Below, in pieces: positions 63,778-64,000 of a stretch of DNA of 64,000 bases (position 1 is the first letter of the stretch; the number at the start of each line of letters is the position of its first letter). The translations under genes were made by a program, and so were the position numbers. The notes beneath the pieces were generated by a model. That model was not told the origin of the DNA. It saw nothing but the letters and a program-made list of their open reading frames with translations, and searched no databases. The DNA comes from Polaromonas sp. (GTDB taxonomy: Bacteria; Pseudomonadota; Gammaproteobacteria; Burkholderiales; Burkholderiaceae_C), in NCBI RefSeq assembly GCF_039932935.1, contig NZ_JBDTPB010000086.1:6057-70056 (forward strand), in the 5' to 3' direction.

Positions 63778-64000
63778 TCAGGTAGCGGAGGTGAGTTGCA
63801 AATACATGTGCTGCTTGCCGAACGGTACGCCGTTCACGCGGATGGCGTCGGGTTCGACGCCGAAGGACGCAAAGCCGGCGCGGGCATAGAGGGCGGCGGC
63901 CTGCCGGTTGGTATCCGTCACGGTCAGGATCAGCAGCTCCACTTTGGCGGCCTTGGCTGCCTGCACCACAGTGTTGACCAAGGCCAGGCCCAGGCCCTGG
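63778..64000 (-). CDS. GNAT family N-acetyltransferase, 3' part (runs off the window)
   Basis: QGLGLALV acetyl-CoA motif; LTVTDTNRQAAALYARAGFASFG. Confidence 0.85.
   Translation of the reverse strand, partial: QGLGLALVNTVVQAAKAAKVELLILTVTDTNRQAAALYARAGFASFGVEPDAIRVNGVPFGKQHMYLQLTSAT

Noticed and set aside
1-64000. tRNA, rRNA, riboswitch, prophage, IS transposase or anti-phage defence genes
   Set aside because: No recognisable sequence or protein motif was found by eye. A short ncRNA could be missed without a covariance-model search.

Overview
This is a GC-rich betaproteobacterial chromosome segment. The gene set and intergenic repeats suggest Comamonadaceae, possibly Polaromonas-like (inference). 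I can support about 70 CDSs and saw no rRNA, tRNA, CRISPR, transposase or integrase. From 1 to 51 kb it is mostly accessory regulator/enzyme pairs for detoxification and redox or general stress: four LysR, two AraC, two MerR, TetR and Rrf2 regulators, several VOC proteins, GST, SDRs and AKRs. That stretch also holds a PQQ glucose/quinate dehydrogenase, a class II Fic protein, hipBA and a 3-hydroxybutyrate oligomer hydrolase. From 52 to 58 kb is a SPOR-birA-SET <> tlpA-topB(SWIB) block, and from 59.5 to 64 kb a putative gamma-glutamyl amine catabolic cluster. Most notable: (1) a chromatin-like module in which a SET lysine methyltransferase with a very Lys-rich tail is divergent from a topoisomerase III with an H1-like linker and SWIB domain, and the 118-bp intergenic gap contains about 53 nt of alternating purine-pyrimidine (Z-DNA-prone) sequence; (2) three paralogous secreted proteins of unrecognised family, two of them in a tract of exported orphan proteins; (3) two families of intergenic palindromic repeats, one with stem covariation and a nested insertion; (4) a MerR fused to a degenerate ABC-type ATPase; (5) an esterase homologue lacking its catalytic Ser. 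Where the ORF track start looked over-extended, I give the likelier start codon.
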